The notes under the pieces are model-generated. The model ran no database searches. It saw only the letters and a program-made list of their open reading frames with translations, and was not told the origin of the DNA. Position numbers and translations under genes: made by a program. A DNA stretch of 59,901 nucleotides, counting the filler, from Rhabdomonas costata (taxonomy: Eukaryota): the NCBI GenBank assembly GCA_019059605.1. It is 11 parts of 11 records of this genome, joined end to end, with 100 filler letters (N's around TTAATTAATTAA, not from the genome) between each part and the next. Parts side by side here need not be neighbours in the genome. Positions count along the whole stretch, not along the records: positions 22,068 to 27,430 come from JAHMHO010000075.1; positions 27,531 to 32,892 come from JAHMHO010000076.1; positions 32,993 to 38,366 come from JAHMHO010000077.1; 8 more parts are not named here. One strand, written 5' to 3'. Shown in pieces: positions 24,120 through 38,466 of the stretch (positions within the stretch are counted from its first letter, which is position 1; each line of letters starts with the position of its first letter).

Positions 24120-26625
24120 AGCCCGCTAGTGAGAATGATGGCAACTCTCAGGATACGTCGCAAGGATCACTCTCGAAAGAGCCTGCAAGGCAGAGGGGGA
24201 GTGCTTGTGTTGGCCTGTGGATGTCGGAGGCTTGCCGTTCTCTTTATGTGTGGTATCGCATGTGCGCTACAGGTTTCTAACTTGTATGTGCTGCCGCATC
24301 CAGGCGGGAGGGGTGAAGGTATTCACAATCCTCGGCGCGGAAACGCCGTAGGACCCTGTGCCCAAGAAGCGCAAGAAACCACTCGCCTGCATATCTTCCC
24401 ACCATCCCATTGAGTTCAGGTCTGAACCTTCCCCTTTCAATGCCTCTTCCTGTTTTGAGTCTCTGTGTCTTCCCCCATATCTCCTGAGCCCCTATCTCTT
24501 CATCGTGGATGGCACGCCTCAAAGGTCAACTTGCGCACCACCCGTTGTTGGGCGATGTGTGAACCCGTTTATCACACTCGTGCATCCTTCATCTTAGCTG
24601 ATGTTCCTGCCTGGATTTTTCTGTCTTCGTCTGTAACCTTCTGGGGATATCTATCTGTGCTTTCGCGTTGGTCTTTCTGCATTCAACGTATCCTTGTGAA
24701 GCAGAGCCGCTGAGTGTGGGTGTGCTGGGTTCCTACCGGTTGAGGTCTCTCCACCAACGATTTGCGTCTGACTTCGTTCTTGTTGGTAAGGTATACTAAC
24801 GTTTTACTGGACAAGGGTAATACACCGCATCAGATGAGAGTTATTTCTATCTTATTTTTTGCATCGTCCTATGGCGAGCAGCTTCCGTACTGCAAGGGAT
24901 TCTCCTCTCTTTGGGTGTACTTTGCATATTGCAGGTGCCCCTCCTCTTTTCCGATGTGCTTATTTTTGTTTCCCCATATGCGTTGTGGAGTGGTGGTGTC
25001 TCGTGTGGACCTTTTGCTAATCGTTGCCATTTGTGAACCGGGGCAGTCCTCTTCGTTTTGCGATTATGCAATTTTGGTGAATCGTGATACAATGCAGAGC
25101 ATTTGTTGGCAGGATAAAATTCAGTCTTAAAACAAATAGAAGTGATCCCAATGAACTCAGGAACCCTGTCGTTTGGCGAGAGGTGGGGGGAGTGAAAGTG
25201 GGTGGAATCCAAATGCGCAAAAAGTCATGAGGAAGCTGGATACCTGGTAGTTGATCGTATGAATGGTTGACTTCTGAAACAGAAAGAAACGTTGAAGAAT
25301 TAAAGAAGTGTCAAGAAGAAGTCAGGGGATACAAGATCTGGGGAGATGCGGTGTTGCGCATGACATGTCAGTCGGACCTGCAGCTGTACCCCGCAGTGGC
25401 AAGATTTCATTGAGCCGCATACAATAGTGAATTCTTTCATTTCCAAATGTCCTCTTCTGCAGACAGCCACTGTGTACTATACTACTCTCTCTCCCTACTC
25501 TCCTTTTTCGTCTCCAAAATGATGCGGTGCACGACAAACGCTGCCAGCTTCGCCCGGAGGTCCTCTCGCCTGGCAAGCGCTTGGCAAGCGGCGTTGCTGT
25601 GCAGGTATCTCGCGGCTGTCACCCATGCAACAGAGCGACAACTTTGCTCGTTCCTGTGGAAGCCGCAATCGTCAATGCCCTATTGTCTATGAACCCGGAA
25701 TGATTTAGAAAAATAGGTAAGCCCAGGTGGGGGTGGGGCCTACGAAAGGTAGAAGTTTGCTTTCATTGGGTTTGCAAACGGATGCGAGAATTTTAATTGG
25801 TTGCTGTACGAAAGAAGATTTTCATCTAAAATGGCCTGGCTCAAGGTGCTGTGGGCTATTGTATATTTTAGCCCAGGTAAAATAATAGAGTTTTTGTTCC
25901 CGGATCACTACATCTGAGAACAGCAAACACTTTTCTGCGAAACATGTCCAACTCTACGCGCCCAATATATGGGTCCAAACTTCTGGATCCATCCGGGTGA
26001 AGCACTGCCATCAGAAGGCTGCCCACATCAAAGCAGTGCATCAGGAGCAGTGGAGCGAGAGAATCAAGGAATCAAGGGGGGGTGGATACGGTTTCACCTC
26101 AATACAGGGCCGGTCATTTTGCAATTGCAACAAAACGCAAAGAAAAGAAACATATCAGGGTTTTGTGTGTACCAAAACCGGAACATGGGAGGGCAGGATG
26201 TGGTGCCGAGCCTGTGAATTTCCCGTGCGTTATGATCTCCCACCCAACATTTGCAAAATATCATGCAGCGCAATGTGGAGAATACCAGTCGCAAGGGCTT
26301 TCTCCCTGTGGCACCAGCATGTGTTCGTCCTTCGCTGCTTCGCAGCCGTAGTCCACCTCCTTAGTGCCAGCTCTCCATGCTGAATGCGTCTGTCAATGCG
26401 GTACAGCACCTCACTCCCCCCAACGTCCAGTGAAAAACGCCCTTTCGGTTTTGCGAAAAAAATCAGCGGAAATTGCAAAGAAAGAAGGGCCGGCGCTGCT
26501 CAGGTAGAGCACAACAGGGCAAGAAGATTGGCAGGGAGCCTAGGCTGTACCCAATGCCACACTGAGTAGGACTCCAGAAGATGGCAGAAGCATGCTGAAA
26601 AGCTGAAGAGAGTAGATGAAGAGGA

Positions 26626-26802
26626 ATGGCCGGATGCACCTTGCGTTATGTGCGCAGGCTGTATGCGACTCTCCCCCTGAAGTACACCAACCTGGTCCGG
26701 CTGCAGCAGAACACCGTCCAGGAGCACGCCAGCCGGAACTGCTTTGGGGTGCGCTCGGGGAACACCTTCAAGTGGATCACCTATGCTGAATTCGGGAAGA
26801 TG
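26626..26802 (+). CDS. First exon of a long-chain fatty acyl-CoA synthetase (AMP-binding enzyme), possible mitochondrial presequence
   Basis: MAGCTLRYVRRLYA...NLVRLQQNTVQEHASRNCFGVRSGNTFKWITYAEFGKM, followed by a GTACGT donor. FG...KWITY is typical of ACSL N-termini. Confidence 0.7.
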
Positions 26803-27530
26803 GTACGTGTCTGTTAGTATTTTGGTACGTTAAGGTGTTGAGACGTGTGTAGTAATCTGATGGAGATCTCTTGGTCCGAGTGATGTGGTTGCTGTTTGTG
26901 TGATGTCTCAGCGATTCTTGAGAATTGAGATTTGTTGCACCCCTTTTCTCACCATTTCCCTTCCCTTCCTCTTCCTCCCCTTCCCCTTCCCTCGGGGAAA
27001 TGGGGGGAAGGAAGGATGAAGGGGTGTGAGGACAGGAAGGTAAGACACGGGTAATGCAATGGAAAGAGGCCTGAGAGAGTGAAGCTGCAGAGATAAGAAA
27101 ATGCGATGTGCACTGATGCAAGTGCGAGTCCACATCAAACAAGAGTGCGCAGGATGGAAAGAGTTCCCTGTCTCCCTTTCACTTGGTTTCTTTGTTTAGA
27201 TGTGTACCCCCCCCCCGCCGGTTTGACGACTTTGGACAACCTCTCAGGCTGAACTTGAGAATCAACAATTGCAAAGGCTTTACCCCAGTATATCTCTGTC
27301 CACAATTCACGTCAAACCAGGTTTCCCGGTATTCCATACACCCAAAGCCAAAGCCAAATCCAAAATCTATTGGCGCAATGTTCCCCCACATCCTTCTAAG
27401 GTAGGCTGCCTCTGAATTCCATGCGAGCTGNNNNNNNNNNNNNNNNNNNNNNNNNNNNNNNNNNNNNNNNNNNNTTAATTAATTAANNNNNNNNNNNNNN
27501 NNNNNNNNNNNNNNNNNNNNNNNNNNNNNN

Positions 27531-30500
27531 GGTGTACAGTAGGAGCAGCCTGAGATAGGCCCGGGCATTGAAGGCCTTGAAGCCGCTCATGCGGAACGCC
27601 TGCACAGCGGCACGGGGCCGCAGCATGCGCTCGGCCAGGCGGCCGCGAAGGTACCAGTCCACGCTGGGGCGGTTGTGCACATCAAAGACCCTTTCCACCG
27701 CGGTGGTGGGGTCTGCGCACAGGGCAAGAGTTGTGTGGCAGGGAGCTGAAAGGGTCGCAGGGAGCCCAAGTCTGCTTCCTGACGTCTTTTCAAAAATAGC
27801 GGAATGAAGCTAACCATCGCAAGGGACGGGAGGCCCTTGATGGACCTTTGATGAACCCGACAAACCACTGCTTCTCGCTCATCGCCCACTTGACAAGCGG
27901 GCAGCCACGCATGAGGCAAGGACATACGCACGCACACACACAACGAGCACAAGGCATTGTTTGGTGCATTTGGTGAGTTCTTCTCTTCCTCCAGCAGGCT
28001 TTCTTTCCTGCTGCCTTGCCGCTTCACACACACATGAATACAATAAACACATATATAGCCATGAGACACGCAGCCACGGGGACCACCCTTCTACCAAGTC
28101 GGGCCGGAGGGAAGAAATGGAGAGGGCTCAGTACCTATGGGCTTGCGGCCAGCACGAGCCCCGGTCAGCGCTCCGTCCGTGTCGCGGTGGCGGCGCTCGA
28201 ACTCTTCCTCCTCGAGCCTCCACCGGTGGTACTGCCGCAGGTCTTCAAACAGGAGGTGCACCAGCGCGTCCAGCCACTTCGCCGCCAAAGCTTTCCGCGA
28301 AGGCCCACTGCCACCACTGCCCCCTACGGGCACCACAGGGGCACCACCGCCCAAAGTGTGATCCGGCGAGGGAAGCACAGAGAGGCGATCAAGAACATTC
28401 CCTGAACAGCCCAGCAGGGTGGGTGGGTGGACATAACTAAACAACGTGAACGCACATATGCGAGCCGAACCAGTGCGAAAAGTGGATCGCGCTAGATACC
28501 GCGCTAGATGCTTGCCAAACTGTACTGGCAAGAATGTCACTGATGTCCTCGTGAATCGGCATCACCGGGGCACACGCTGCTCGGCCCCTCACCTAGCTCG
28601 GATCCTGGGCCTTGTGTTCCGGGCCTTCATGCATCACCGGTCCGCAACCAACCGCCAGTGCGACTCCTCCTATTCGTCCGTCTCGATCGCACGCGTCTCT
28701 GAATCTGGGCGGCCACGTACGTCACCGATGGCTTGCCAGCATTTTCGGGGAAAGAAGGAATTTGTTCCTGACAGTTATTTGCACAGATTTAACATAATGC
28801 ATGTTACACAGGTCTTCTCCACTCTGGCCTTTCTGGCAATACGTGCCATACGGGTTCCGTTGTGTGTAGAACGTGCCTCCGAATTCCGACATATGCAACT
28901 CTTCTATCATTGTTCTCCCCATTCTATTCTCGTTTCATCTTTCCCAGTCAACTCCGAAAGGGGCGATGCACCCGCTAACCCTCTTAGATCATGCAGACGC
29001 CCCAACTCAACCTTTCTCCTCGGGGTTCCGCTGCGCGGCCTGCGCCAGCGATGGCGGCAGCGCAGACTCGTCCTCGTCAGTGTCCATTAGAAACACCGCA
29101 GACCGGAGCTCCAGAAGGCCCTCCCACCCCAGTGCCACGCACAGGCGGGTCAACACGGCATACACTGCCGAGGCGCTGCGCGTCAGGTAATGCGCCTGGC
29201 CCCCCCCAAATGCACACCTTCGCACACCCAAATGACCCAACTGAGGGAGGAATCCGGGGAGGGAACTTTCTAAGGATGCGCGTCACCTTCAGAAGTCGTA
29301 CACTCTTGAAGCGGCAAACTCAAACAGACGTGGAAGTGAAGTAGCAAAGAAACACGAACACACCGAAAACAAAGGAAACGCTCACTCCGAGGGTTTCCTT
29401 TCCGAGGCAAGTTATTTACAGACACTCCCGTCATATGTCACGCGTCACATTTAGAGTGGAATTCTGTGACATTCAATGTTATGGAGAACAGGCAATGTCA
29501 GCGCAACGAAGAAAGAAGAGTGCAGAAATACAAGTTGAATTTGTTTTCATTTTCATCCTTTTTTTGAGGTCTAAAATTGCCTCTTTATTGATACACGAAG
29601 AAACGGGCATAACACCGATGTGGAAGGCCAGAGACCTGAAGCTGCCTGAGGTCGGGGTCAGCCTCCTCCTCATCATCGTCCACCTCGGCCTGCTCGTCAT
29701 CCGCGGTAAAGTCGTCCTCGCCTCCACTCTCCAGGTCCCAGAACAACCGCAGCGGGCAGTCTTCCGGCGCGGTGACCCGACCATCCCCACCGAACGGAGC
29801 AATCTCCTGGCGGGAGGGTAACGACACCGACGCGATCCCAATGGCAACTCCTCTTCGCGAAATCCTTGACCTCCTATTCCGCAACAAAGAATCCTGTGGC
29901 TGACGAATTGCACTTACGCACGCTAGTTCGAAAAGAGCATATGCGAGATATTCGCAGGCACACACAGCACCCCAAGTGATTGGATTCGAAAGTGCAGAAA
30001 GAAGCAATCCAATACACAAACCTCCCATGCTCTGGGGCTCGTATCTCCGAAGAGAACGGCGGCTGTAATGTCCCCAGCCGGGCGGACCTCCCTGAGGAAG
30101 GGAACCGGGAACCCAGAGAGAGACAGGCCGCCTGTGCTTAACTCTGTTCATTTCACTCCTCCACAAAAGATGAAAACCACAACCCTCTTTTTGTAAAAGA
30201 GGGTTGTGTCTCTCGTCATTTTCCCAACTTGATACCGAATCCGCGCACTCTCTGTATCACTCCAATGGGTTTGTAATGGGCTTATGAAGACCATATAAAA
30301 ATGCACAGTGCTCCATTTCTGCGCCAACAACGTCTTCTGGGGTCCAGCAAAATGGTGAGGGGTGTGAGTGATCGCACATCGCCAACGCCATTTTTGGAGA
30401 GAAGCGCGGGATGTCAATTCGTGGGTTAAGCCGAAACACAGGAAATAGGATGAGCATTGCCCATCAAAGGAGCGAGCTGAGCAAGAGAGAGAGAGAGAAG

Positions 30501-32870
30501 CAGAATACCCCAGCATCACGGGCACCGGAATAGCGTTTAGCGCCATCAGGGCCTCGCCGTGCGCCCCCACTGCGCAGCAGACCTCTGCAAGCAGCAAATG
30601 GGCACTCAGCCGAGTCGGCTCCGCGGCCACCCCAGCCCGGGCATCTTCCACTGCGCGCGCCCGGAGTTGTGGACTCACTGCAGGAAATGGGGAGCTACCG
30701 CTGGGGCCAAGAGCCAGTGAGGCCGCCCCAGAGGTGGGGCTTCCGGAGAAGGCCGAGAAGGCCGAGTCTGCTGTGGAGGGCTGGGCAGGGGACCACCCCA
30801 CATGTCTCTCCGTGCGGGGAGAGGCAGGGCCAAACGGGGCTCACCAAAAAAAACCAAAAGGGGCTAACGTTTCTCTTGGTGTGCAAAATAGGTTCACGGG
30901 GTGTTTGTCGGGTGAGAAAGTGAGAAGTCTGAGCGTAGAACCTATCGCTATCTAATTGGACGACAAGACTCATCGAGTTGGGAGGCCAAGAGAAAATGAA
31001 GGCGCATGCGCGCATGCGCGAAATCATAAGTTTCCAAACCCTGTGTTGTGCACCACCCCTTCTCTACGCTTCTCATAGGTTAGGTCAGCAGGGCTCTGCA
31101 GATCGGAGGAAGAAGTACCTTTCTGTTTGGACCCAAAACAGATTCCAGTAAATCCTCTTAGATCCCTTAGATTCAAGTCTAAGAATTAGAACCTTTTCAT
31201 TCTTTAGGGAAAAAGACCACCCGCAAGCCACCAGGAATTCAGGTTTACGATACCCCGTCCTTCCGTTTAACCCCTTTTTGTGTCCACGCGCCCCGTGCTG
31301 CCTGCTGCTAAGGCTGTTGGTGGTGCCAGTGGGGGGCGTCCCGGGGGGCTCTGAACCTATGGGGCAGTACGCGGAGAGTGCCCTGGCAGGGTGCTTCAGG
31401 AGAAGCCGGGAACGGGCCACCAGAAGCTCGGCGCATCGCGGGGCCAACCTCAGGCCGTCCTGCAGGACGTCCAGCGCGGCTGCCCAGTCCCGCTTTCCCG
31501 CCAGTGCTGAACACAGGGCAGAAGAGGCTTGGGCGCTTGGGTGAGCGAGCGGTTCGGTGAGTGCGTGCATGTTTTATCGGTGGGAAAGAGGAGGAGAGAG
31601 CCAGCTGAAATGAACTATACAATCCATGACTTTGGAGCGGATGAGTTCGGTTTCGATGGTTTGACGGTTCTGCCAGAGAATGCCTCCCCATGCCACCAAA
31701 AGATCTCAAAACGCCGTGATACGACATGCCACGTCCAACGAAAAGAAAAGAATAATACCGGAAGTGCGAAGCTCTGCCTTCGGGTATTCTACCACATCAC
31801 GCACCATGCTATATCAGTCTTGCCAAAACCCATCAAAGTAGAAATTTTCCGTTGCATGGTTAAGCACGGTCCTCTCATGGTCAAGCCGGCGCCGAGAAGG
31901 TACCCGGGGCGCACTCACTAAAAGGATTTGCATTCCAAGTGGAAAATGTTTGGCTGAGTCAGACCTTCCACCAGATGCGCCTTCAGGGCGTGACAAGTGT
32001 AGGTGAACGGAGTGATGAAGTCGATAAAGTCGTCGTAGCGCGCCCGGGACAGAAAGTAATCCTTCAGCGTGCACACAAACAGGTTGTTCACATCTGTGGC
32101 CTGCGAAGACAGACACAATTGCCGGTGTAATTCCATAAGCACCCAGAAGTTAAGGAAAAGCCAAGGGATAAGAAGAAAAAATAGAAAACTCATCACTTTG
32201 CCAATGACGTTACACGCGATTAAGCACTGCTGCTATGAACACCTTTGCGACTTAATGCAGTTCTATTTTTTGTACTTCTGGCCGTTTACTACTCTTAGGC
32301 TTCAGCTTCGGTGATAGTCTAGTGTCCCAAGTCCAGCACAGCAGCAGCAGCGCAATCGGCAACAAGGGAAGAGAGAAGAATTCTAAAACGAGAAGAGTGC
32401 GGGGGAGAAGAAGAGAATAGCAAAAAAAACTTCGGGAAAGACATGCTGGGCATTTGCTCATTGGTATCCTTACGTTTTTGTGTTTTTTTTGCCCGTTGTT
32501 TGCATTTTGGAAACGGGCAATGAACTGCAGTGAGTGTCAGGAGAGGGACAAAAAGGCAGACAAAAAGGAAGCCTGATTCGAAGAGCATTCCTCAGGTAAC
32601 CCAAGAGAACCGGAGCATATGGCGTGCACCATAAACGACAGTGAAGATCACTCCAAGCCAAGCGGAAAGGTACAGGACCTGGGCGCCCTCCCTGGGACCC
32701 AGGGCTTTGCCCTGCCAGAACAGCTCCCGCGCCACCTCCAGCGCGGCGGCCTCCCCAGCCAGGGTTAGCGTCGGCCGAAGCACCTTCACTGCGGGAAGCT
32801 CCGTGGCAATTCCAGACATCCCCCGCAGTACAGAACACAGGAAGGCCTGGCGCCACTCCTCGGGGCTGAC
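27531..32870 (-). CDS. ChAPs (Bch1-like, exomer cargo adaptor) family protein, partial, 7 or more exons
   Basis: Frame-compatible GT-AG exons give EEWRQAFLCSVLR, ELFWQG...LG, NNLFVCTLKDYF, EALMALNAIP, VYAVL...LGWEGLLELRSAVFLMD, KWLDALVHLLFEDLR and DWYLRGRLAERM...FNARAYLRLL, in the order of the ChAPs conserved blocks. Confidence 0.8.
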
Positions 32871-33524
32871 CTGAGGGGGGCAACCCCAACACNNNNNNNN
32901 NNNNNNNNNNNNNNNNNNNNNNNNNNNNNNNNNNNNTTAATTAATTAANNNNNNNNNNNNNNNNNNNNNNNNNNNNNNNNNNNNNNNNNNNNGGTTGTTT
33001 TTACGGCCTTGGGGTACAGCGTGGATTATTGTATCTTACAAAGCATTTGCACGTTGAACTTGATCGTCAAGTTCTTCTTGTGGAGGAGGGTCAGGATATC
33101 ATACCCTGTCATCAACCAATTCCTTTGACTATTTTCTGTCGATTGTATGGTTAAGATGTGAAGCTGCTGACGGCGTCTTCTTCCGTAGTGTTATGTATGG
33201 CATCTTAGAAGGGAGTAAGTATCTACCCTGTTGGCAAGTATATCTTCCGTAGGTTTGGATTCTCTTGGTGCGTGCCCAATCACTCCCTACCAAAGCGCTA
33301 TGGCCAGCTGCCCAGGGATCCGGACACCCTCTTTTTCCGTGGTGGTTGCTCTTTCGTCTCACCGGAAACAAAGAGCAAAAGGGGACGTCTTCAGTAGAAA
33401 CAAAACCTGCACATGACCCTCACACCCATCTTGAGAGAGTGAGAGGGAACGAAACTGGGTGAGAGCTGACCGAGCTCCACTTTCGACAAAGATACATACA
33501 CTCTCACTCGCTGTACAAACACAG

Positions 33525-36500
33525 GAAGTTCCTCCCCGTTGGCCTGCCCCGTGGGCACTTTCTCCGATGCCTACCAGGCCTTCAATGCCAGCACCTGCCA
33601 GGCCTGCTTAGGAGGGTACTACTGCCCCCAACCAAACCTGACCTCCCCCGCAGGGCCTTGTGACGCCGGGTGGTACTGCAGCGGAGGCTCCACGGCAAGG
33701 CAGCCCTCCGACCCTGCGATGGGCATGTCCCGCCTCTGCTTTTTTTCTCCTTTTGTTCTGCGCAATCTTTAGCCGACATGTTTTTCCAGCATGCAGCGCA
33801 ATGACGGACCTGAACCGGAGACAAGGGGGGCTTCATACCATTCCATATTTTTCCATACCACTCCATATTTCATACCATATGGCTGATGTGGTGGTGAACT
33901 GTTGTTTTCTTGCGGCTGAGTCGCCACATCCACAGCCCTGCCGCCCGCCCCTCCCAAGACGCAGGGAGCCCGCGGCAGCGTTCATGGATTCCAGCTCATC
34001 ACATTGTCACTGCACCTGCAGTGGCGGTGCCCCATTTCGTTCCCCGTTCGTCGACTCGTTTTGATTGACTGTGCAGAAGCTCAATCAACAGCTATGCCCA
34101 AGACACCTTTTCATTGTGGTCACTATTAGGCGCAAGAATAGATGGGCGCGCTGCACAGCCTGTGTGTGGTACACCTCCAACAACGTTGTGTTGCACAGGG
34201 GGGTCGTGCGTCGCGGGTCAGTACTGCCCCCAGGGCAGCGTCTCCCCTCTGACGTGCACCCCCGGCCAGTACTGTGCTCTGCCCAAGCTAGGGTCTCCCT
34301 CCGGCCTGTGCTCTGCGGGGTGGTCTGCCTCGGCGGAGCAGTCGTCTCACAGCCGTCGGACAATATCACAGGTGCGTATTGGGAGTTTTGAGGGGTGTCC
34401 TTCACCGCGGGGAAATCCCCGTTCCCCGTTTGGGTTATCTGGTCGTGGTGTTTTGCGTGGTATGCCACGCGGTACGGCGCGTGTGGCAGCTCTTACATCC
34501 TCGCCTTTCTTTGTTGCCTGTTTTTTTTTCCGCACGGTTCGAGACGCTGTGAGACTTCTTCCTCTCACTTTCTTGTACGATTGTTTGTGTGTGTGGGGGG
34601 GGGAGGTGCAGGTGCGATTTGCCCCCGGGGGCAGTACTGTGTGCAGGGCAGCGCTGCGCCCCAGGCCTGTCTCGTGGGCACTTACCAGCCCTCCCTGGCC
34701 GCGCCCAATGCTTCATCGTGCCTGCCGTGCGACCCCGGGAAGTACTGCGCCGTTGCGGCGGCCTCGGCAACCACAGGGTATGCGATAGCGTGGGTGAGAG
34801 CGGTGAGAACGGTCCGGTTGCAGTGTGTGTGTGGCGTGGAGCGTTGGTAGTGATTAACCGCGGTAATCATGACTAGTTGATTGCTGGCTCTAATTGTGAC
34901 TAATTCTGATGGTCGGCAAGCGGATTGACGTGAGTTTAGAGAGCGATGCACGTGCCTCCTGTGAACGTCGCTCACCGCCCCCCTCCCCCATTCATTCATC
35001 GCATGGTGTTAGGTGGGGGGACATGTGGATTTTTTCCCTGCGCCCAGGAACTGCTCTGTGGGCTACTACTGCCCCGGAGGGGTGACCACCGCGCAGCCCG
35101 CGCAGTTCGAGTGCCCGGTCGGCTTCGCGTGCCCCGAGGCGTCCAGCTTCCCTGGGGTTTGCACCAATGGTTCATACCAGGATTTGCCGCTGCAAGGCCT
35201 ATGCAAGGTCTGCAGCTTACTACAATCCCCCATAGAATGGGTGTGCGTGTATGATTGGTGCTCTTTGAACATTGATGTTTCACTTCAGGTGTGTCCACCA
35301 GGGTCGTACTGCGTGGCGGCAGATCCCTGCTCGGCCAACATTACAGTCCCAAGAGACTGCCCTCCAGGTTTGTCCAGAACTACTTCGTCGCTAGTGAGTT
35401 TCTTCGGAGTGAAAACGACGAGCGCTGTATCCTTGCTCTTTGTTTGCCAGGGTACTACTGCCCCAGTGGCACCGCCCAGCCCTTCAGTCACCCCTGCCCT
35501 CAGGGGACCTTCAACAACATCACCACTCGAGCCCTTCCCTCGGACTGCCTGCCTTGCCCTGGTGTGGCTGCCCGTGGCTTCGTCAGTTCTATTTCACACG
35601 GGAATGCATTCATTGTGTTTGGAACCCCCTCTTGTTGAATTAAGTCCAATTGACTCCTTGATTCATTATTAACTACCGCCCCTTTGGTCGTTTTGCAGTG
35701 TGAAAGCATTTACTATCACAGGAAACTTTCTGACTCGACCGCCCGCTCCGCTCCCCGAAACAATGTTACCACACCCCTAGACTTTCCCATCATCCAAAGC
35801 CCAAAATGGTAAGCAGTGCAAAACGCTCAACGCCTCCCGCACCAAAGGCGAGCGATCGTCCCTTGCCTCAGCTGATATTTACACGGCTGTCGCAGCTGTG
35901 TTCTTTTGAGGGACGAGTTGGCGCCAAAACCTATTTGCTCTTTGGTAAGCATGCGACGTCAACAACCGATGCTCCTCTGTTTTCCTGCATGGCACTCTTT
36001 TATTGGGGGCTCAGGTGGGCTGTACTGCGACGCCCCCGCGCTAAGTGTCCCCTCAGGCCCGTGCTCGGCGGGGTACTACTGTACCCTGAACGCCACCACG
36101 GCAACCCCAAGGGATGGGGTCACGGGCAACCGCTGCCCCTGTGGTAACTATGCCTGTACTTGCGTTTGGCAGCATGTATTTGTATTCACGTGGGGTATTT
36201 TTTTATGCTGTTGATCGCAGAGGCAGAAGGCCCTGGAATCATTGAGCCCAACATGTTGTAGTTGTATAATTAGGCAGACGTACTCCACTCGGGAAACACA
36301 CAGCTTGCAGCTGAGGGGGGGGAGACGGCATTGTTCTGGGAACAGGGCGATTTGAGGGTCATGGACTGAGAAATTGAAAGAAACGCTTTTAGTCCTTCCA
36401 GGTCTTTTAGATTGGATTTTTTGTTGGTAGGAACTCATTTCTTGCTGGGGATTTAGGCATAACGCCGTTCTCTCCCTAGCATGAAGAGGAACGACAAAAG

Positions 36501-38056
36501 ACGAGCGGCCCTGCCCAATTACACCCTCTTCACTATTCCTGATGCACTGGACGCATACCCTTCCCAGGATCGTGGTGCCCGATGGGCTCCGCTCTGCCCC
36601 AGCGCTGTGAGCCGGGCAGTTACAACCCCTTCGTGGGCAGCGCCAATGTCACTGCTTGCCTGGCCTGCACCCCGGGTACGTACTGTGCCGGCCCTGGGCT
36701 GTGCTCTGTGAGCGGGAACTGCAGCGCGGGGTACTTCTGCCCCCCTGGGCAGGCGGTGCCCACCCCCGCGCTGTCCCTGTGCCCTCTGGGATTCTACTGT
36801 CCTGTGGTGTGTGTATGTGTGTGGCATGCGTTTGTCGGGGGTCTCTTTGAAGTCAAGATATTTGCTTTGATGCATTTGTAAAAACAATAAAAGAGCTGAA
36901 AGCCGAAAAATGGAGCCAGAAAGGAGCCAAAGCAGGAGTGGCATGGCTGATATCGAATAGGCAGAAATGGCTGTCAAAGAATAACTGCAGAAGAAGAGGG
37001 AGTGGGGATCGTACTGCGAAATTGGGAAGACCGAAGACTTCCTCAAACCCAGTCGGGACGTGGAGCAATAAACATTAATGCGCATTCAACATGCAGCGCA
37101 GTAGGTTGTATGCAAGAATAAACACCCGTGGACATACGACGAGAGGGCAGTTCATATGAAGTGATTACATTTGCATTATGGTCTGCTCGTGGTTGCCCGT
37201 CACTCTCAGGGCTCCTCGATGTACCTGCAGCCCCCACTGGGATACTTCTCGAACGCCTCTGGGCTAGCCGCACCGTTACCATGCCCTCCTGGTGTGTGTC
37301 ACGTTTGTGACAATCGTGATTTTGGTGGTTTTCGTGATTTTAGTGATTTTAGTTCAATTTTTTTTCTAGAAATGAGGGTGGCTTTTTTCTCCTTCGTTCT
37401 CAGGATACTTCTGTAACCCGGGCGAGCCTTGCGACTTCGCCAATTGCAGCATGATCCCGCCGGGGCAGCTGTTCGCAGTGGGCAACTTCACAGTCCCGCG
37501 GTGCGTGTGACGGGTGGAGTGGGGTTTGGTCTGAGAACTGCGTCTTTTACCCAAGAGGGCGTTGATATAGATCAGTCGTTGCGGATATCGGGGCGGACAT
37601 CGATAACAATAGGTACAAGAAGGCGAGGAGAAGACTCGTGAGGAGGATGCAGTGCAGGGGTGACCTGGAAGAAAGGCGAAGAAGGATACGGGGTGCCAGG
37701 GTGACGTTAAATTGTGAAGCTTAAGGAGGAAAATCACGGTAGCTCAACACAGCTGGCCCCCGCCTTCAGTTTACCGTTTCCATAGCCTCTCCCTTGTCCA
37801 TGTGTTGTTGGTTTGGGAGAGGTCACCAAGCAGCGCTTCTTTGCTTTGCGCTGCTGATGGAGAGCTAATGAATGCTGTGTGCCTAACCACAGTGTGTCCC
37901 ACGCAGACTGTTTTACCCTATCATGTCCGGGTCCGACGGTACTGCGTACGTGATCTTCCGCCCTTGCATCTATTTCCCTCTGTTGCAGGGATTGCCCGGA
38001 GGGGTACTATTGTCCTCTGGGGACAGCCTTTGCCCAGAGCCATGCCTGCCCCCCAG
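33525..38056 (+). CDS. Cysteine-rich repeat extracellular protein (CPxGxYCP units; GCC2_GCC3/ephrin-receptor-like), partial, 10 exons
   Basis: Exons such as ACPVGTFS...CLGGYYCP, CVAGQYCPQGS, CPRGQYC, CSVGYYCPGG, CPPGSYC, CSAGYYC, CSAGYFCPPG and CPEGYYCP join in frame. The first intron is GC-AG (33723-34198). There are many NxS/T sequons. Confidence 0.88.
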
Positions 38057-38466
38057 GTCTGCAATGCTACTATCCTCTGTGAAGGGAGGAAATACAGTCT
38101 GCGCGCTGGAGCGCGCTGGAGCCTGGACGTCATAGTGCTCGGATCTTGCAAACGTTGGCTTCTAATCTCCGCAAGAAGACGTGTGTTTTGGCCACAGCGG
38201 AATGTAGGGCATGCGGAGGATGTTACCGATGCAACCTGGGCGTTTAGATTGATAGCATTTTTATGTAATATTTGAAAGTCTCCCTCTCCCCCTCATCGGT
38301 TCGTATCCTGCCTCGTCTTCTTGCGCTCGTGTATGCAGCATTTTCCATTCAATTCGCAAACACAAANNNNNNNNNNNNNNNNNNNNNNNNNNNNNNNNNN
38401 NNNNNNNNNNTTAATTAATTAANNNNNNNNNNNNNNNNNNNNNNNNNNNNNNNNNNNNNNNNNNNN

